This document shows positions 9,926-18,476 of a DNA stretch of 64,000 bases, in pieces. Both the position numbers and the translations under genes were made by a program. Each line of letters begins with the position of its first letter. The first letter of the stretch is position 1. The notes below the pieces were generated by a model, which searched no databases, was not told where the DNA came from, and worked only from the letters and a program-made list of their open reading frames with translations. The stretch lies in NCBI GenBank assembly GCA_963834665.1, contig CAWICK010000002.1, positions 20,581 to 84,580 on the forward strand, read 5' to 3'. This stretch comes from an uncultured Actinomycetota bacterium. GTDB lineage: Bacteria; Actinomycetota; Actinomycetes; Streptosporangiales; Streptosporangiaceae.

Positions 9926-11320
9926 CTACTCGTCGCCTTTTTCCAGGATTCTGAGCAGCGCCCGGGCGATCGGCACGGCTGCCAGTTCAACCTGCCACGG
10001 CCTCGCTCCGTAGCTGGCCAGGTCGGCGGCGACCGCCGCGGCGCTGAGGTCTGCGGGCGGCTGCCAGGCCAGCCGCCGGACCGCGTCGGGCGGGAGCAAG
10101 TTCTCCGCAGGCATGGTGTGCTCGTCGGCGAGCGCGGCGACGACGGCGCGGGCGGCCGTCAGCCGCCTGGCCGCCTCCGGGTCGCGATCGTGCCAGCGGT
10201 GCGCTGGCGGCGGGCCGTCGCCAGGCGGTGCCGACGCGGCAGGCAGCGCGCGGTCCGGCTGGGCCCTGGCCCGGCCGACGGCTCGCAGCCACTCCGGCAT
10301 GTGGCGCCGCGCGCTACGACCCGAGAAGCCGGACACCGCGTTAAGCTCAGCCGGCCCGCTCGGCATCAGGCGCGCAGCCTCGACGATGGCTGAATCCGGC
10401 AGCACCTTGGTCGGCGACATATCCCGGCGGCGGGCGATCTTGTCTCGTTCCAGCCAGAGCTCCCGCACGATGGCGAGTCCCCGGCGGTTCCGGACCCGGT
10501 GGATGCCGGACGTGCGTCGCCAAGGATCTGCGCGCGGCGGCGCAGGCGGGGCGGCGAGGACCGCCGCGAACTCCTGCCGGGCCCATTCGAGCTTGCCCTG
10601 GTCAGCCAACTGGTCGGCGAGCAGGTCACGTAGCTCGACGAGAACCTCGACGTCGAGGGCCGCATAGCGGAGCCACTCCTCTGGCAGCGGCCTGGTCGAC
10701 CAGTCGGCGGCAGAGTGGCTCTTCTCCAGGCCCAGGCCCAGCATCGACTCGACCATGGTCGCCAGGCCGACGCGCGGGCAGCCGAGCAGCCGGCCGGCAA
10801 TCTCGGTGTCGAACAGCTGGCGGGGCCGGTACCCGAGCTCAGCCAGGCACGGCAGGTCTTGCGACGCTGCATGCAGCACGGCCTCGGCGCTCGCTAGCGC
10901 GGCGTCCAGTTCCGACAGGTCAGGGCAGGCGACTGGGTCGATGAGGACGGTGCCGGCTCCCTGGCGCCGGAACTGAACGAGGAACGCACGGTGACCGTAC
11001 CGGAAGCCGGAGGCGCGCTCGGCGTCGACGGCGACCGCGCCGGTGCCCTTCGCCAGCGCCTCGATGGCCGCACGCAGGGCGTCGGCGGTCTCGACCAGCG
11101 GAGGCAGTCCGTCTCTTGGCTCCAGCAGCGGCTCGACCGTGCGCTCGACCACCGCGGGCTCGGCCGCTGTGTTTTGCGCGGCCGCCCGCTCGGATGCTGC
11201 GGGCTCGGCTGCTGCGGGCTCGGCTGCTGTGGTGTGCGCCGCCGTCGGCTCCGGTTCCGTGATCTGGGTCGCCGTGGGCTCGGCCCGCTCGGTGCCTGCG
11301 CTCTGGGTCTGGCCGCTCAT
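9926..11320 (-). CDS. rnd: Ribonuclease D (3'-5' exonuclease plus HRDC)
   Basis: VAVDAERASGFRYGHRAFLVQFRR...HAASQDLPCL...YAALDVEVL DEDD motifs. Start set at the ATG at 11320, which forms an ATGA overlap with the upstream gene's stop. The track ORF extends to 11407. Confidence 0.85.
   Translation of the reverse strand: MSGQTQSAGTERAEPTATQITEPEPTAAHTTAAEPAAAEPAASERAAAQNTAAEPAVVERTVEPLLEPRDGLPPLVETADALRAAIEALAKGTGAVAVDAERASGFRYGHRAFLVQFRRQGAGTVLIDPVACPDLSELDAALASAEAVLHAASQDLPCLAELGYRPRQLFDTEIAGRLLGCPRVGLATMVESMLGLGLEKSHSAADWSTRPLPEEWLRYAALDVEVLVELRDLLADQLADQGKLEWARQEFAAVLAAPPAPPRADPWRRTSGIHRVRNRRGLAIVRELWLERDKIARRRDMSPTKVLPDSAIVEAARLMPSGPAELNAVSGFSGRSARRHMPEWLRAVGRARAQPDRALPAASAPPGDGPPPAHRWHDRDPEAARRLTAARAVVAALADEHTMPAENLLPPDAVRRLAWQPPADLSAAAVAADLASYGARPWQVELAAVPIARALLRILEKGDE
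11196..11230 (-). repeat. 15-bp tandem repeat (gctgcgggctcggct, about 2.3 units) in the rnd N-terminal low-complexity region
   Basis: Direct reading. Encodes AAEPAAAEPAA. Confidence 0.8.
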
Positions 11321-11940
11321 AGCCGCGGCCTGCGGCGCTGCGGACGCAGCGGTGCGACGCCCGGCGCCAGCGGCGGCAGTCCTGCCGCGGTGCAGATCAC
11401 CTCGCACCAGGCGGCGACATGCCCGTCGAGTTCGGCTGAGGTGCCGTCAGTTATCGCGGGCGACCACGACGCCCGCAGCTCGAAGCTGGTAGAGGTCGGC
11501 TCGTCCTGCTTGCTGCCGAAGCCCTGGGTCACGACTGTGGTCACGGTCCCGCTGATCTTCCTGTATCCGGCACTGCACACGTCAAGAGCCTCGATGAGCC
11601 AGCTCCAGCCGACCTCGTTGATGAGCGGATCTGCAGCCATCTCCGGCTCAAGCTCGGCCCGGACGTAGCCAATAATTCGATACTTCCCATCCCAGCCCGG
11701 CTGACCCCCTGGATCAAACAGCAGGACGAATTTGCCCGAGCCGATTTCGGCATCGGTGTCAGCGCCGGCCAGGCTGTCGGTGACTGCAACGGCCACAGCG
11801 GAGGCGAACGGTGCTAGCCGGCGGGGCGGCGGCTCCTCTTCCGAAGCCAGTTCAGGCCGCAGACGGAGATGGTCGGCGAGGCCGGCTTCCATCTCGGTTA
11901 CGGCCCGCTGGAACTCTGCGCCGCCGGTATGTGTGCTCAC
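11317..11940 (-). CDS. DUF3000-domain protein
   Basis: Conserved partner of rnd and hemE in Actinobacteria (the mycobacterial Rv2680/Rv2681 arrangement). Start placed at the GTG at 11940 (VSTHTGGAEF) to avoid overlap with the strongly supported small gene upstream. The alternative start is the ATG at 12054. Confidence 0.7.
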   Translation of the reverse strand: MSTHTGGAEFQRAVTEMEAGLADHLRLRPELASEEEPPPRRLAPFASAVAVAVTDSLAGADTDAEIGSGKFVLLFDPGGQPGWDGKYRIIGYVRAELEPEMAADPLINEVGWSWLIEALDVCSAGYRKISGTVTTVVTQGFGSKQDEPTSTSFELRASWSPAITDGTSAELDGHVAAWCEVICTAAGLPPLAPGVAPLRPQRRRPRL

Positions 11941-11992
11941 TGGCTGCCCAGCGGGCCTCAGCGTCTGCGCGTCGGGCACGGGCCAGTTACCG

Positions 11993-12202
11993 TCATGCCA
12001 CTCGATCGCGGAGGCCGACCGTGCAAGCCGGCTGCAGGACGACCGGGATGTCACCTATCAGCAGGGCCGCACCGCATGTGACGCAATACCACTCAGGGCA
12101 ACATAGGTCAGGACTGTCAGGGCACCGGCCTGCCAGGCCGTGGTGCTGGGTAATGGAGCGATCGAGGCCGCAGTCAGGACAGTGCCGGATGATCTCAGCC
12201 AT
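11993..12202 (-). CDS. Small Cys-rich (zinc-ribbon-like) protein
   Basis: 69 aa, MAEIIRHCPDCG...CVTCGAALL. A perfect AAGGAGG Shine-Dalgarno lies 5 nt upstream of the ATG. Confidence 0.6.
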   Translation of the reverse strand: MAEIIRHCPDCGLDRSITQHHGLAGRCPDSPDLCCPEWYCVTCGAALLIGDIPVVLQPACTVGLRDRVA

Positions 12203-12904
12203 CGGACCTCCTTACCTCTCGGCTCAGCAATGATGCTGGCACGAGACGGGGCGCAAGCCCCGGACCTGCGGCGGCGTGTCATGCGCTTTTGCGCAGAACG
12301 ACTGGCGTACCGCCCGGGCCAGCAGGCAGCTCTCGCTGCGGGCCGCGACGGTGAGCTGAGCCGCGCTGCTGCCTGGTGAGACGCTGGCGGTCGGTCAAGG
12401 GACGCGGCCGGCCATCTGACAGCGGCATAACAGGATGAATCGGTCGTGCCCACACTCGGCCTCGAGCCTTTCATCGATCCGGGTTCCACAATCAGGGATA
12501 TAACGGTCGGCGACACGACCCAGATCGATGAAAGGCTCGCTGGCGCCGCGATGATGGCACCTCGTCGTGTCCGGTATGGGCAGATAGGTGCGGTCCGGCT
12601 GCCGATCGGCGGCCTAGCCGACCTAGTAGAACGTTCAACCAACCCGAAGGAGCCCGACATGACCGCCACCGCCACCCCGACCCGGACCCGCAAGACCCCG
12701 CCTCTCGTAGCGGGGTAGCACCTGGCGAGGCGGTTAAACCGTCAAGCCACCAAGCCGTGGTGGACGATGAGCGCCTGAAGCGAGCCGACCACCCTGGAAG
12801 GGCGCCGTCAACGCGATCCTCACCTGGGACGCCTGATGACCGACGCCGATGTCAGGCAGGGCTGGGGGGGCAATCTGTGCCGTTAAATACACCGGTAAGA
12901 ACAT

Positions 12905-12933
12905 ATTGACGACAAGCCCGTCTCGTGCTAGCG
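12905..12933 (+). promoter_or_regulatory. Candidate sigma70-type promoter (TTGACG-17 nt-TAGCGT) upstream of the lectin gene
   Basis: Hexamers and spacing read directly. About 160 nt upstream of the ATG at 13094. Confidence 0.35.
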
Positions 12934-13093
12934 TCCGGGGCGCATCCGCCCCAGCGGCTCCGGGCGGCCAGGGTTGGATAACACGACTTATGAGCCAATG
13001 CGCCGGCCGCATGTCGCTGACCGGAGCGCGACCGCTCAGCGACCCCGCCAGATGGGATCTGAAACGATCTGAGACGAGTGGAAAGGAACCACC

Positions 13094-13591
13094 ATGACAG
13101 GACTTTCGGCAACCTGTGGCATCATCACCAGGCGGCGGCGAACCGCCTTTCTCGCGCTCTTAGTTGGGCTCTTGCTCGCCCTCGGCCTCACCGTGGCCGG
13201 GCCGGCGAGCGCGCAAAATCCCGCCGCCAAGTTCAAAAACGTCGCTACCGGCAATTGCCTGTGGGAGAGCGGCACGGGCAGCTCGGTCTACGCCGCCGCC
13301 TGCAGTAACTCGAACCACTCCGACTACTGGTTCTCCAATTTCGCCAGCTCCGGGGTCTTTACGAACCTCCATAGCGGGAAATGCCTGACCGCTAACAGCA
13401 ACTTCTACAACGTCAGCGCGGCAGGCTGCACCAGGAACAACGACTACCAGAGATGGATCGGGACGAATATTTCAGGCAACGAGTTCGAGATCATAAGCTA
13501 CGCCACGGGACAGTGCCTGTGGAGCGGCACACCCCACCAGGCGCCCTGCTCGTCGTCCAACCACGGCGACCTCTGGACGTCAAGCCTATGA
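13094..13591 (+). CDS. Secreted ricin-type beta-trefoil lectin
   Basis: Signal peptide TRRRRTAFLALLVGLLLALGLTVAGPASA. Three Cys/QxW-like repeats (NCLW...DYW, KCLT...QRW, QCLW...DLW). Confidence 0.8.
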   Translation: MTGLSATCGIITRRRRTAFLALLVGLLLALGLTVAGPASAQNPAAKFKNVATGNCLWESGTGSSVYAAACSNSNHSDYWFSNFASSGVFTNLHSGKCLTANSNFYNVSAAGCTRNNDYQRWIGTNISGNEFEIISYATGQCLWSGTPHQAPCSSSNHGDLWTSSL

Positions 13592-13746
13592 TCGTGCCGC
13601 TGGGCTGAAGCGTCCGGCGAGCGTCACCATCGCGGGCCCTGCCCCACCCAGCAGAACCGGCCGGCCGTTCCTGTTCACCGAACGGGGCGGCCGGCTGTCG
13701 GCGTGCAGCGCGAACTCAGTGCCGTAGGCCGCTTGCTGGGCGCGGG

Positions 13747-14463
13747 TCATCTTGAGCGTGGCGGTGGCCGGGCAAGCGCGTAGCAGGTACCGCCCGCGTA
13801 GCCGGTGAAGCTGGAGCTTCCTTCCGGTACGTAGCGGGTGGGGCCGTGACGCGGGCACTCCGTCGCGTACTGGTCTAGGACGTAGGCGACCGCACCAGCG
13901 ACGGACTCATCCGGTACCCCGGCTGGGCCTTCGGCTAGCAGGTCGCGAACGTCGCGGAGTAGGCGCGCGTCTGCTAGCTCCGGGTAGGACGCCAGGAGCG
14001 CGTACTCCAGCGCCTTGTCTAGCGCGGCGCATAGATCGGCCCCTGGTAGTAGGAGAAGGCCTGATCATCGCGGGTAGCGGCGGAGTAGAGCGCGCGCCAG
14101 ATCAGTTCGGTGGTCTCGCGGTTAGGGGCGAGGTACGGGTTGACCTCGGCGGGGTGGTCATGAAAGCCATTCACGCAGTCGAATAGTCAGCCGGGCCGAG
14201 TCAGGGAAGCCGGTCCTGTTCTCGAACGCCTTACAGGCAGTCTCAAAGTACTTTGGCTTGGACGCCTTGGCTGCATACGTGCCGCCCGATGTGTAGCCGT
14301 CCAGGATCGTGTGAACGACCTCGCACAACCGGCCGCCGTCAAGTTCGGCAGCCTCCCAACACCTCTCGCGGTAGTTGGTCATTATCTTGCCGAACTCGGC
14401 CAGCAGCTCAGCGCGCAGGCCCTGAGGCAGAAGCCCCAGGGCCTGCGCTGCACTAAGCGTCAT
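13747..14463 (-). pseudogene. Uncharacterised protein, distal gene of a two-gene cassette; intact first 102 aa, then protein-like sequence continues through at least 2 frame changes
   Basis: ORF 14158..14463 (MTLSAAQALGLLPQGLRAELLAEFGKIMTNYRERCWEAAELDGGRLCEVVHTILDGY...). My translation of other frames continues it as LFDCVNGFHDHPAEVNPYLAPNRETTELIWRALYSAATRDD... and LDKALEYALLASYPELADARLLRDVRDLLAEGPAGVPDESVAGAVAYVLDQYATE... ATGA overlap with the upstream gene. Confidence 0.45.
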
Positions 14464-14906
14464 GCGGGCTTGCTCGCCTTCCTGGCCGGCATGTCGTACT
14501 CGATGAAGTTCTGACCGGAGAGCGTGGTTCGGATCATCTTCATGTTCGCGGTGTCCAACCAGCCCTTCGTGCTGGCCGTCACCATCAGGGAGTTGTCTGG
14601 GATGGCCGGCGCCTTCCAGCCGCACTCGCTATAAGCGGCGAGTACGTGGCCCACCTCGATCCCGCTGATCTCGACCACCGTCTCCAGGTAGTAGACGGCC
14701 ACCACGTTGCGCTCGTGGTTGTTGCGCGGGTCCTTCTCGGCCGCGAAGTCGCGCAGGGGCATCTTGCCCGCGGGCCTGAAGTTGATGTCCTTTACCCGCG
14801 TCCAGGACCTCTTGGCCGACGGCTTGCGACTGCGCCGCTGGCGCGTCTCGCCCGCCTGCTGGCTGGCATTGTCATGCGCAGAGCCGGTCTTCGGGCGCGG
14901 GCCCAC
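14460..14906 (-). CDS. Uncharacterised small protein with a winged-helix-like core; proximal gene of the cassette
   Basis: 148 aa ORF. The real start may be the ATG at 14762 (MPLRDFAAEKDPRNNHERNVVAVYYLETVVEISGIEVGHVLAAYSECGWKAP...). Its stop overlaps the next start (ATGA). Confidence 0.5.
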   Translation of the reverse strand: MGPRPKTGSAHDNASQQAGETRQRRSRKPSAKRSWTRVKDINFRPAGKMPLRDFAAEKDPRNNHERNVVAVYYLETVVEISGIEVGHVLAAYSECGWKAPAIPDNSLMVTASTKGWLDTANMKMIRTTLSGQNFIEYDMPARKASKPA

Positions 14907-15175
14907 CGCTCACTCTTGCGCTCCCGGCCACTGGTAGAGCGCGGGCGGATGCCGCGGCTCTCAAGGTCCAGGATGATCCGCGTCACCGGATCGCCCTGAG
15001 CAATCCGGCTGATGATCTCGCGCACAACCGGCGCCTCGTCCGGGTCAGGCTCCTGGTGCGGGAACGGCTTAGGCGTCTGTGGGTGGTGTCGTTGTTGGCA
15101 TGGCCCGCGTCGATAGCGTCGAGCCCTCCGGGTAAGCGTGGCCATGCGGTTCTCACGCTTCGCGGCCCAGATCCC
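14792..15175 (-). pseudogene. Large serine recombinase relic (fragment of the recombinase domain only)
   Basis: EPDPDEAPVVREIISRIAQGDPVTRIILDLESRGIRPRS....W matches the conserved DPxEAxVVRxIFxxxxxGxSxxxIAxxLNxxGIxTPRG...W stretch of serine integrases. There is no catalytic N-terminus and no C-terminal domains. Confidence 0.45.
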
Positions 15176-15260
15176 GGCCTCAGCCGGCCTGCGCCGGCCT
15201 GGTCCAGGCCGTCAGCCAGCCTGAGCAGAGACGATCGCCACCCTGTGAAATCATCGCCTG

Positions 15261-16304
15261 GTGACGCCGATCGCTGATGAGTCCCCGTTCCTGCTCGCGT
15301 GCCGACGGCGAAAGGTGCCGTATACGCCGGTCTGGTATATGCGCCAGGCGGGGCGTTCGCTGCCCGAGTACCGAGCACTTCGCACCGGGAAGGCCATGCT
15401 CGACGCGTGCGCGACACCCGACCTGATCACCGAGATCACGCTGCAGCCCGTTCGCCGTTACGACGTCGACGCGGCGGTCTTCTTCAGCGACATCGTGGTC
15501 CCGCTGCGCGCGATCGGCGTGGGCATCGATATCAAGCCCGGCGTCGGGCCCGTGGTGGACCGCCCCATCAGGTCCGCCGCCGACCTGGCGCAACTGCGGC
15601 CGCTGGCACCGGACGACATTCCCTACGTCACCGAGGCGATCGTCAGCCTGGTGAAGGAGCTAGGCAGCAAGCCGCTCATCGGTTTCGCGGGCGGCCCGTT
15701 CACGCTGGCTAGCTACCTCGTTGACGGTGGCCCGTCGAAGAACTTCGAGGTTACCAAGTCGATCATGTACGGCCAGCCCGAGCTGTGGGCGGATCTGATG
15801 ACCAGGCTTGCCGATATCACCATCGGCTTCCTGCAGGTTCAGGTCGAGGCTGGGGCCAGCGCGGTGCAGCTATTCGACTCCTGGGCCGGCGTGCTCAGCC
15901 CGGACGACTATCGCAGCAGCGTGCTGCCCCACAGCAAGCGGATCTTCGCCGCGCTCGCGGATAGCTCCGTGCCGCGGATCCACTTCGGCGTCGGCACCGG
16001 CGAGCTGCTTGGCCTGATGGGCGAGGCGGGCGCCGACGTGGTGGGCGTGGACTGGCGGGTGCCGCTGGACGAGGCGGTGAGCCGAGTGGAACCAGGCAAG
16101 GCCCTGCAGGGGAACCTCGACCCGGCGGTGCTGCTGGCCCCTTGGCCGGTGATTGAGCAGCGCGCCCGGCAGGTGCTCGACCGGGGCCGCACCGCCGAAG
16201 GGCACATCTTCAACCTCGGCCACGGCGTCCTGCCGCACACAGATCCCGATGTGCTGGCGCGGCTGACCGAGCTGGTGCATACCGCGTCGGCACAGCAAGC
16301 CTGA
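15261..16304 (+). CDS. hemE: Uroporphyrinogen decarboxylase
   Basis: 347 aa. Signature [19 protein letters not shown]. Confidence 0.95.
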   Translation: MTPIADESPFLLACRRRKVPYTPVWYMRQAGRSLPEYRALRTGKAMLDACATPDLITEITLQPVRRYDVDAAVFFSDIVVPLRAIGVGIDIKPGVGPVVDRPIRSAADLAQLRPLAPDDIPYVTEAIVSLVKELGSKPLIGFAGGPFTLASYLVDGGPSKNFEVTKSIMYGQPELWADLMTRLADITIGFLQVQVEAGASAVQLFDSWAGVLSPDDYRSSVLPHSKRIFAALADSSVPRIHFGVGTGELLGLMGEAGADVVGVDWRVPLDEAVSRVEPGKALQGNLDPAVLLAPWPVIEQRARQVLDRGRTAEGHIFNLGHGVLPHTDPDVLARLTELVHTASAQQA

Positions 16305-16311
16305 CCGCCGG

Positions 16312-16377
16312 CCAGGCTGACCCGGCCAGGCTGACCCGCGCCAGGCTGACCCGCGCCAGGCTGACCCGCCAGGCCGG
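16312..16377. repeat. Intergenic tandem repeat, about 4.5 units of ccaggctgacccg(cg), period 14-15 bp
   Basis: Direct reading, between the convergent hemE and DUF4349 genes. Confidence 0.9.
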
Positions 16378-16407
16378 CCCGGTTCGGCTTGGCGTGGGTC
16401 AGGCTGG

Positions 16408-17370
16408 TCATCCGGCGGAGTCGGTCGGCTGCGGCGGCGTGGCCCGTCGTCCGCCGAATCGCCGCCGGCCCAGGTAGCCGATGACGCCGAGGACAACCGC
16501 GAGGATCAGGAACGGCAATGCCGCGCCCAGCGCCGTCAACAGCCAAGCGGTCGCGTGCCGCAGCGCCCGCCAGCCCGCTGCCAGGCCGGCCAGGAATCCG
16601 TGCTTCGAGGCCGCCTTGTGGTGCGCCGCATGCTTCGGACTGACCAGCGTCATGGTCACCGTCGCGTAGCTGGTCTCGGCGTTGAGGGCCCGCTGCTGGG
16701 ATAGCAGCGCGTTCAGGTCGGATTGGTCCTGGCTGATCTGCTGCTGCACCTGGAGCAGGCCGGGAACTGACGCCGCCCGCTTGAGCAGTCCGCGAAGCGC
16801 CGCGATGGCGTCCTGCTCGGAGGTCACCAGGCTGTTGACGTCCGCGACCTGCTGCGTCACGTCGGTCGCATGCTGCTGCATGCCGATCTGCTTGCCGAGC
16901 GCCGGCGAGGAAAGCTGGCCAAGTACCGCTTGATAGGCGGGAACGGGGACCTTCAGGGTCAGGCTGATCGTTTGCCGGCTCGACTTGCCCGCGGATTTGC
17001 CGGACACTTGCTCGTCCGCTGTGTAACCGCCGGACGCCACGACAACGGCGATGGCCCGCTTCGCGGCTGCCGCGACATCGGCTGAGCGGATCGTCAGGCT
17101 GGCGGTGTAGATGATGCTCTGGTTGGCCGGGGTCAGGCCAGCGGTGTCGACTGCGGTATGACCGGCCGACGGGCCGAACGAGCCGCCATTTCCGGCGGCG
17201 GCATTGGCCGGCAGTGGCTCCGCGCGCGCAGGCGCGCCACGGACTGCTGCGGGAGCGCCGGCGGCCGACAAGGCGCCGTTAGGGCCGCTGCATGCTGCGA
17301 GCAGCAGGCAGCCTGAGAGCAAGACGGCGCCGCCGATCGCGATGCGCTGGCGGCGAACTCGACTAGTCAT
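16408..17370 (-). CDS. DUF4349-domain lipoprotein
   Basis: Lipobox LLLAAC. The coiled region and C-terminal TM helices fit DUF4349 architecture. Start at the ATG at 17370 (MTSRVRRQ); the track ORF extends to 17433. Confidence 0.7.
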   Translation of the reverse strand: MTSRVRRQRIAIGGAVLLSGCLLLAACSGPNGALSAAGAPAAVRGAPARAEPLPANAAAGNGGSFGPSAGHTAVDTAGLTPANQSIIYTASLTIRSADVAAAAKRAIAVVVASGGYTADEQVSGKSAGKSSRQTISLTLKVPVPAYQAVLGQLSSPALGKQIGMQQHATDVTQQVADVNSLVTSEQDAIAALRGLLKRAASVPGLLQVQQQISQDQSDLNALLSQQRALNAETSYATVTMTLVSPKHAAHHKAASKHGFLAGLAAGWRALRHATAWLLTALGAALPFLILAVVLGVIGYLGRRRFGGRRATPPQPTDSAG

Positions 17371-17426
17371 ACCCTTCGGACGCGCCGGCGCGGAGCGCGG
17401 TTGCGTGACTCGCGATAATCGGTCCC

Positions 17427-18476
17427 GTGACATTTCCGAAAATCGAGCTGCACGTGCACCTGGAAGGAACGGTCCGGGCCGCGACGCTGCTCCAGATAGC
17501 CAGCCGCAACGGCGTGGCGCTGCCGGCAGACACAGTCGAGGGGCTGGCGGGCCTGTATGAGTTCACCGACTTCTCGCACTTCATCAAGGCGTGGACGGTG
17601 ACGACGAGAGCGCTGCAGACCACGCAAGACTTCCGCCAGGTCGTGGTGGATTACGCGGCCCAGGCTGCCGGACATGGCGCGGTGTACATCGAGGGGATCT
17701 TCTCGCCGTCTGAGCCGGTCGGGCGCGGCTCGGACTGGGATGCCGTGTTCAGCGGCTATTGCGACGGCGCGCAGGAGGCCCTGGAAACTTACGGCGTCCA
17801 GGTACGCCTGACGCCGGACGTCACGCGCAGCCTGCCGCTCGAGGCCGCAGAGCAGACGGCGGCATACGCGGTGGCCTACGCGGACCGTGGTGTTGTCGGC
17901 CTGGGGCTGGGGGGCAGCGAGGCGGACTACCCGCCGGAGTTGTACGCCCGTGCGTTCGCGATCGCCAGGGACGGCGGGCTGGGCTCGGTACCGCACGCCG
18001 GGGAAGTTGCCGGAACGGCGTCGATCCGGGGAGCCCTCGATGCCCTTGGCGCTGACCGGCTCCGGCATGGCATCCGGGCAGTCGACGATCCTGGCCTGGT
18101 CGGCGAACTCGCCGACCGCGGCGTCGTGCTCGACGTCTGCCCGATCTCCAACGTGCGCACTAGGGCGGTGGCGTCGCTTGCCGAGCATCCGCTACCGGAG
18201 CTGGTAGCAGCTGGCGTCGCCTGCTCGGTGTCAACCGACGATCCGGCCATGTTCGGCACGGACCTGAGTATCGAGTACGCAGCCGCTCGTCAGCTGGGTG
18301 TCTCGCCGCAGGACTGCTATGCGGCCGGGGTCAAAGGCGCCTTGTGTGACGGGCAGGCCCGGGCGCGATTGCGGCAGATAGGCTCCGACTTTGACTGGGC
18401 CGCAATAGATCACGCTGGTGGTCCGCTTATCCGGCGTAGTCCTGCAGGTCGAGCTGCCGGGACTGGCGAGCACTGA
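17427..18476 (+). CDS. add: Adenosine deaminase
   Basis: FPKIELHVHLEGTVR, ...VPHAGE..., ...SVSTDDPAMF metal-binding motifs. Confidence 0.9.
   Translation: MTFPKIELHVHLEGTVRAATLLQIASRNGVALPADTVEGLAGLYEFTDFSHFIKAWTVTTRALQTTQDFRQVVVDYAAQAAGHGAVYIEGIFSPSEPVGRGSDWDAVFSGYCDGAQEALETYGVQVRLTPDVTRSLPLEAAEQTAAYAVAYADRGVVGLGLGGSEADYPPELYARAFAIARDGGLGSVPHAGEVAGTASIRGALDALGADRLRHGIRAVDDPGLVGELADRGVVLDVCPISNVRTRAVASLAEHPLPELVAAGVACSVSTDDPAMFGTDLSIEYAAARQLGVSPQDCYAAGVKGALCDGQARARLRQIGSDFDWAAIDHAGGPLIRRSPAGRAAGTGEH

Noticed and set aside
12446-12718. 90-aa plus-strand ORF. The segment IDPGSTIRDITVGDTTQIDERL resembles a hexapeptide-repeat acetyltransferase fragment.
   Set aside because: The match covers only about 25 residues. 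The rest of the ORF has poor coding character. At best it is a tiny gene relic and is not annotated.
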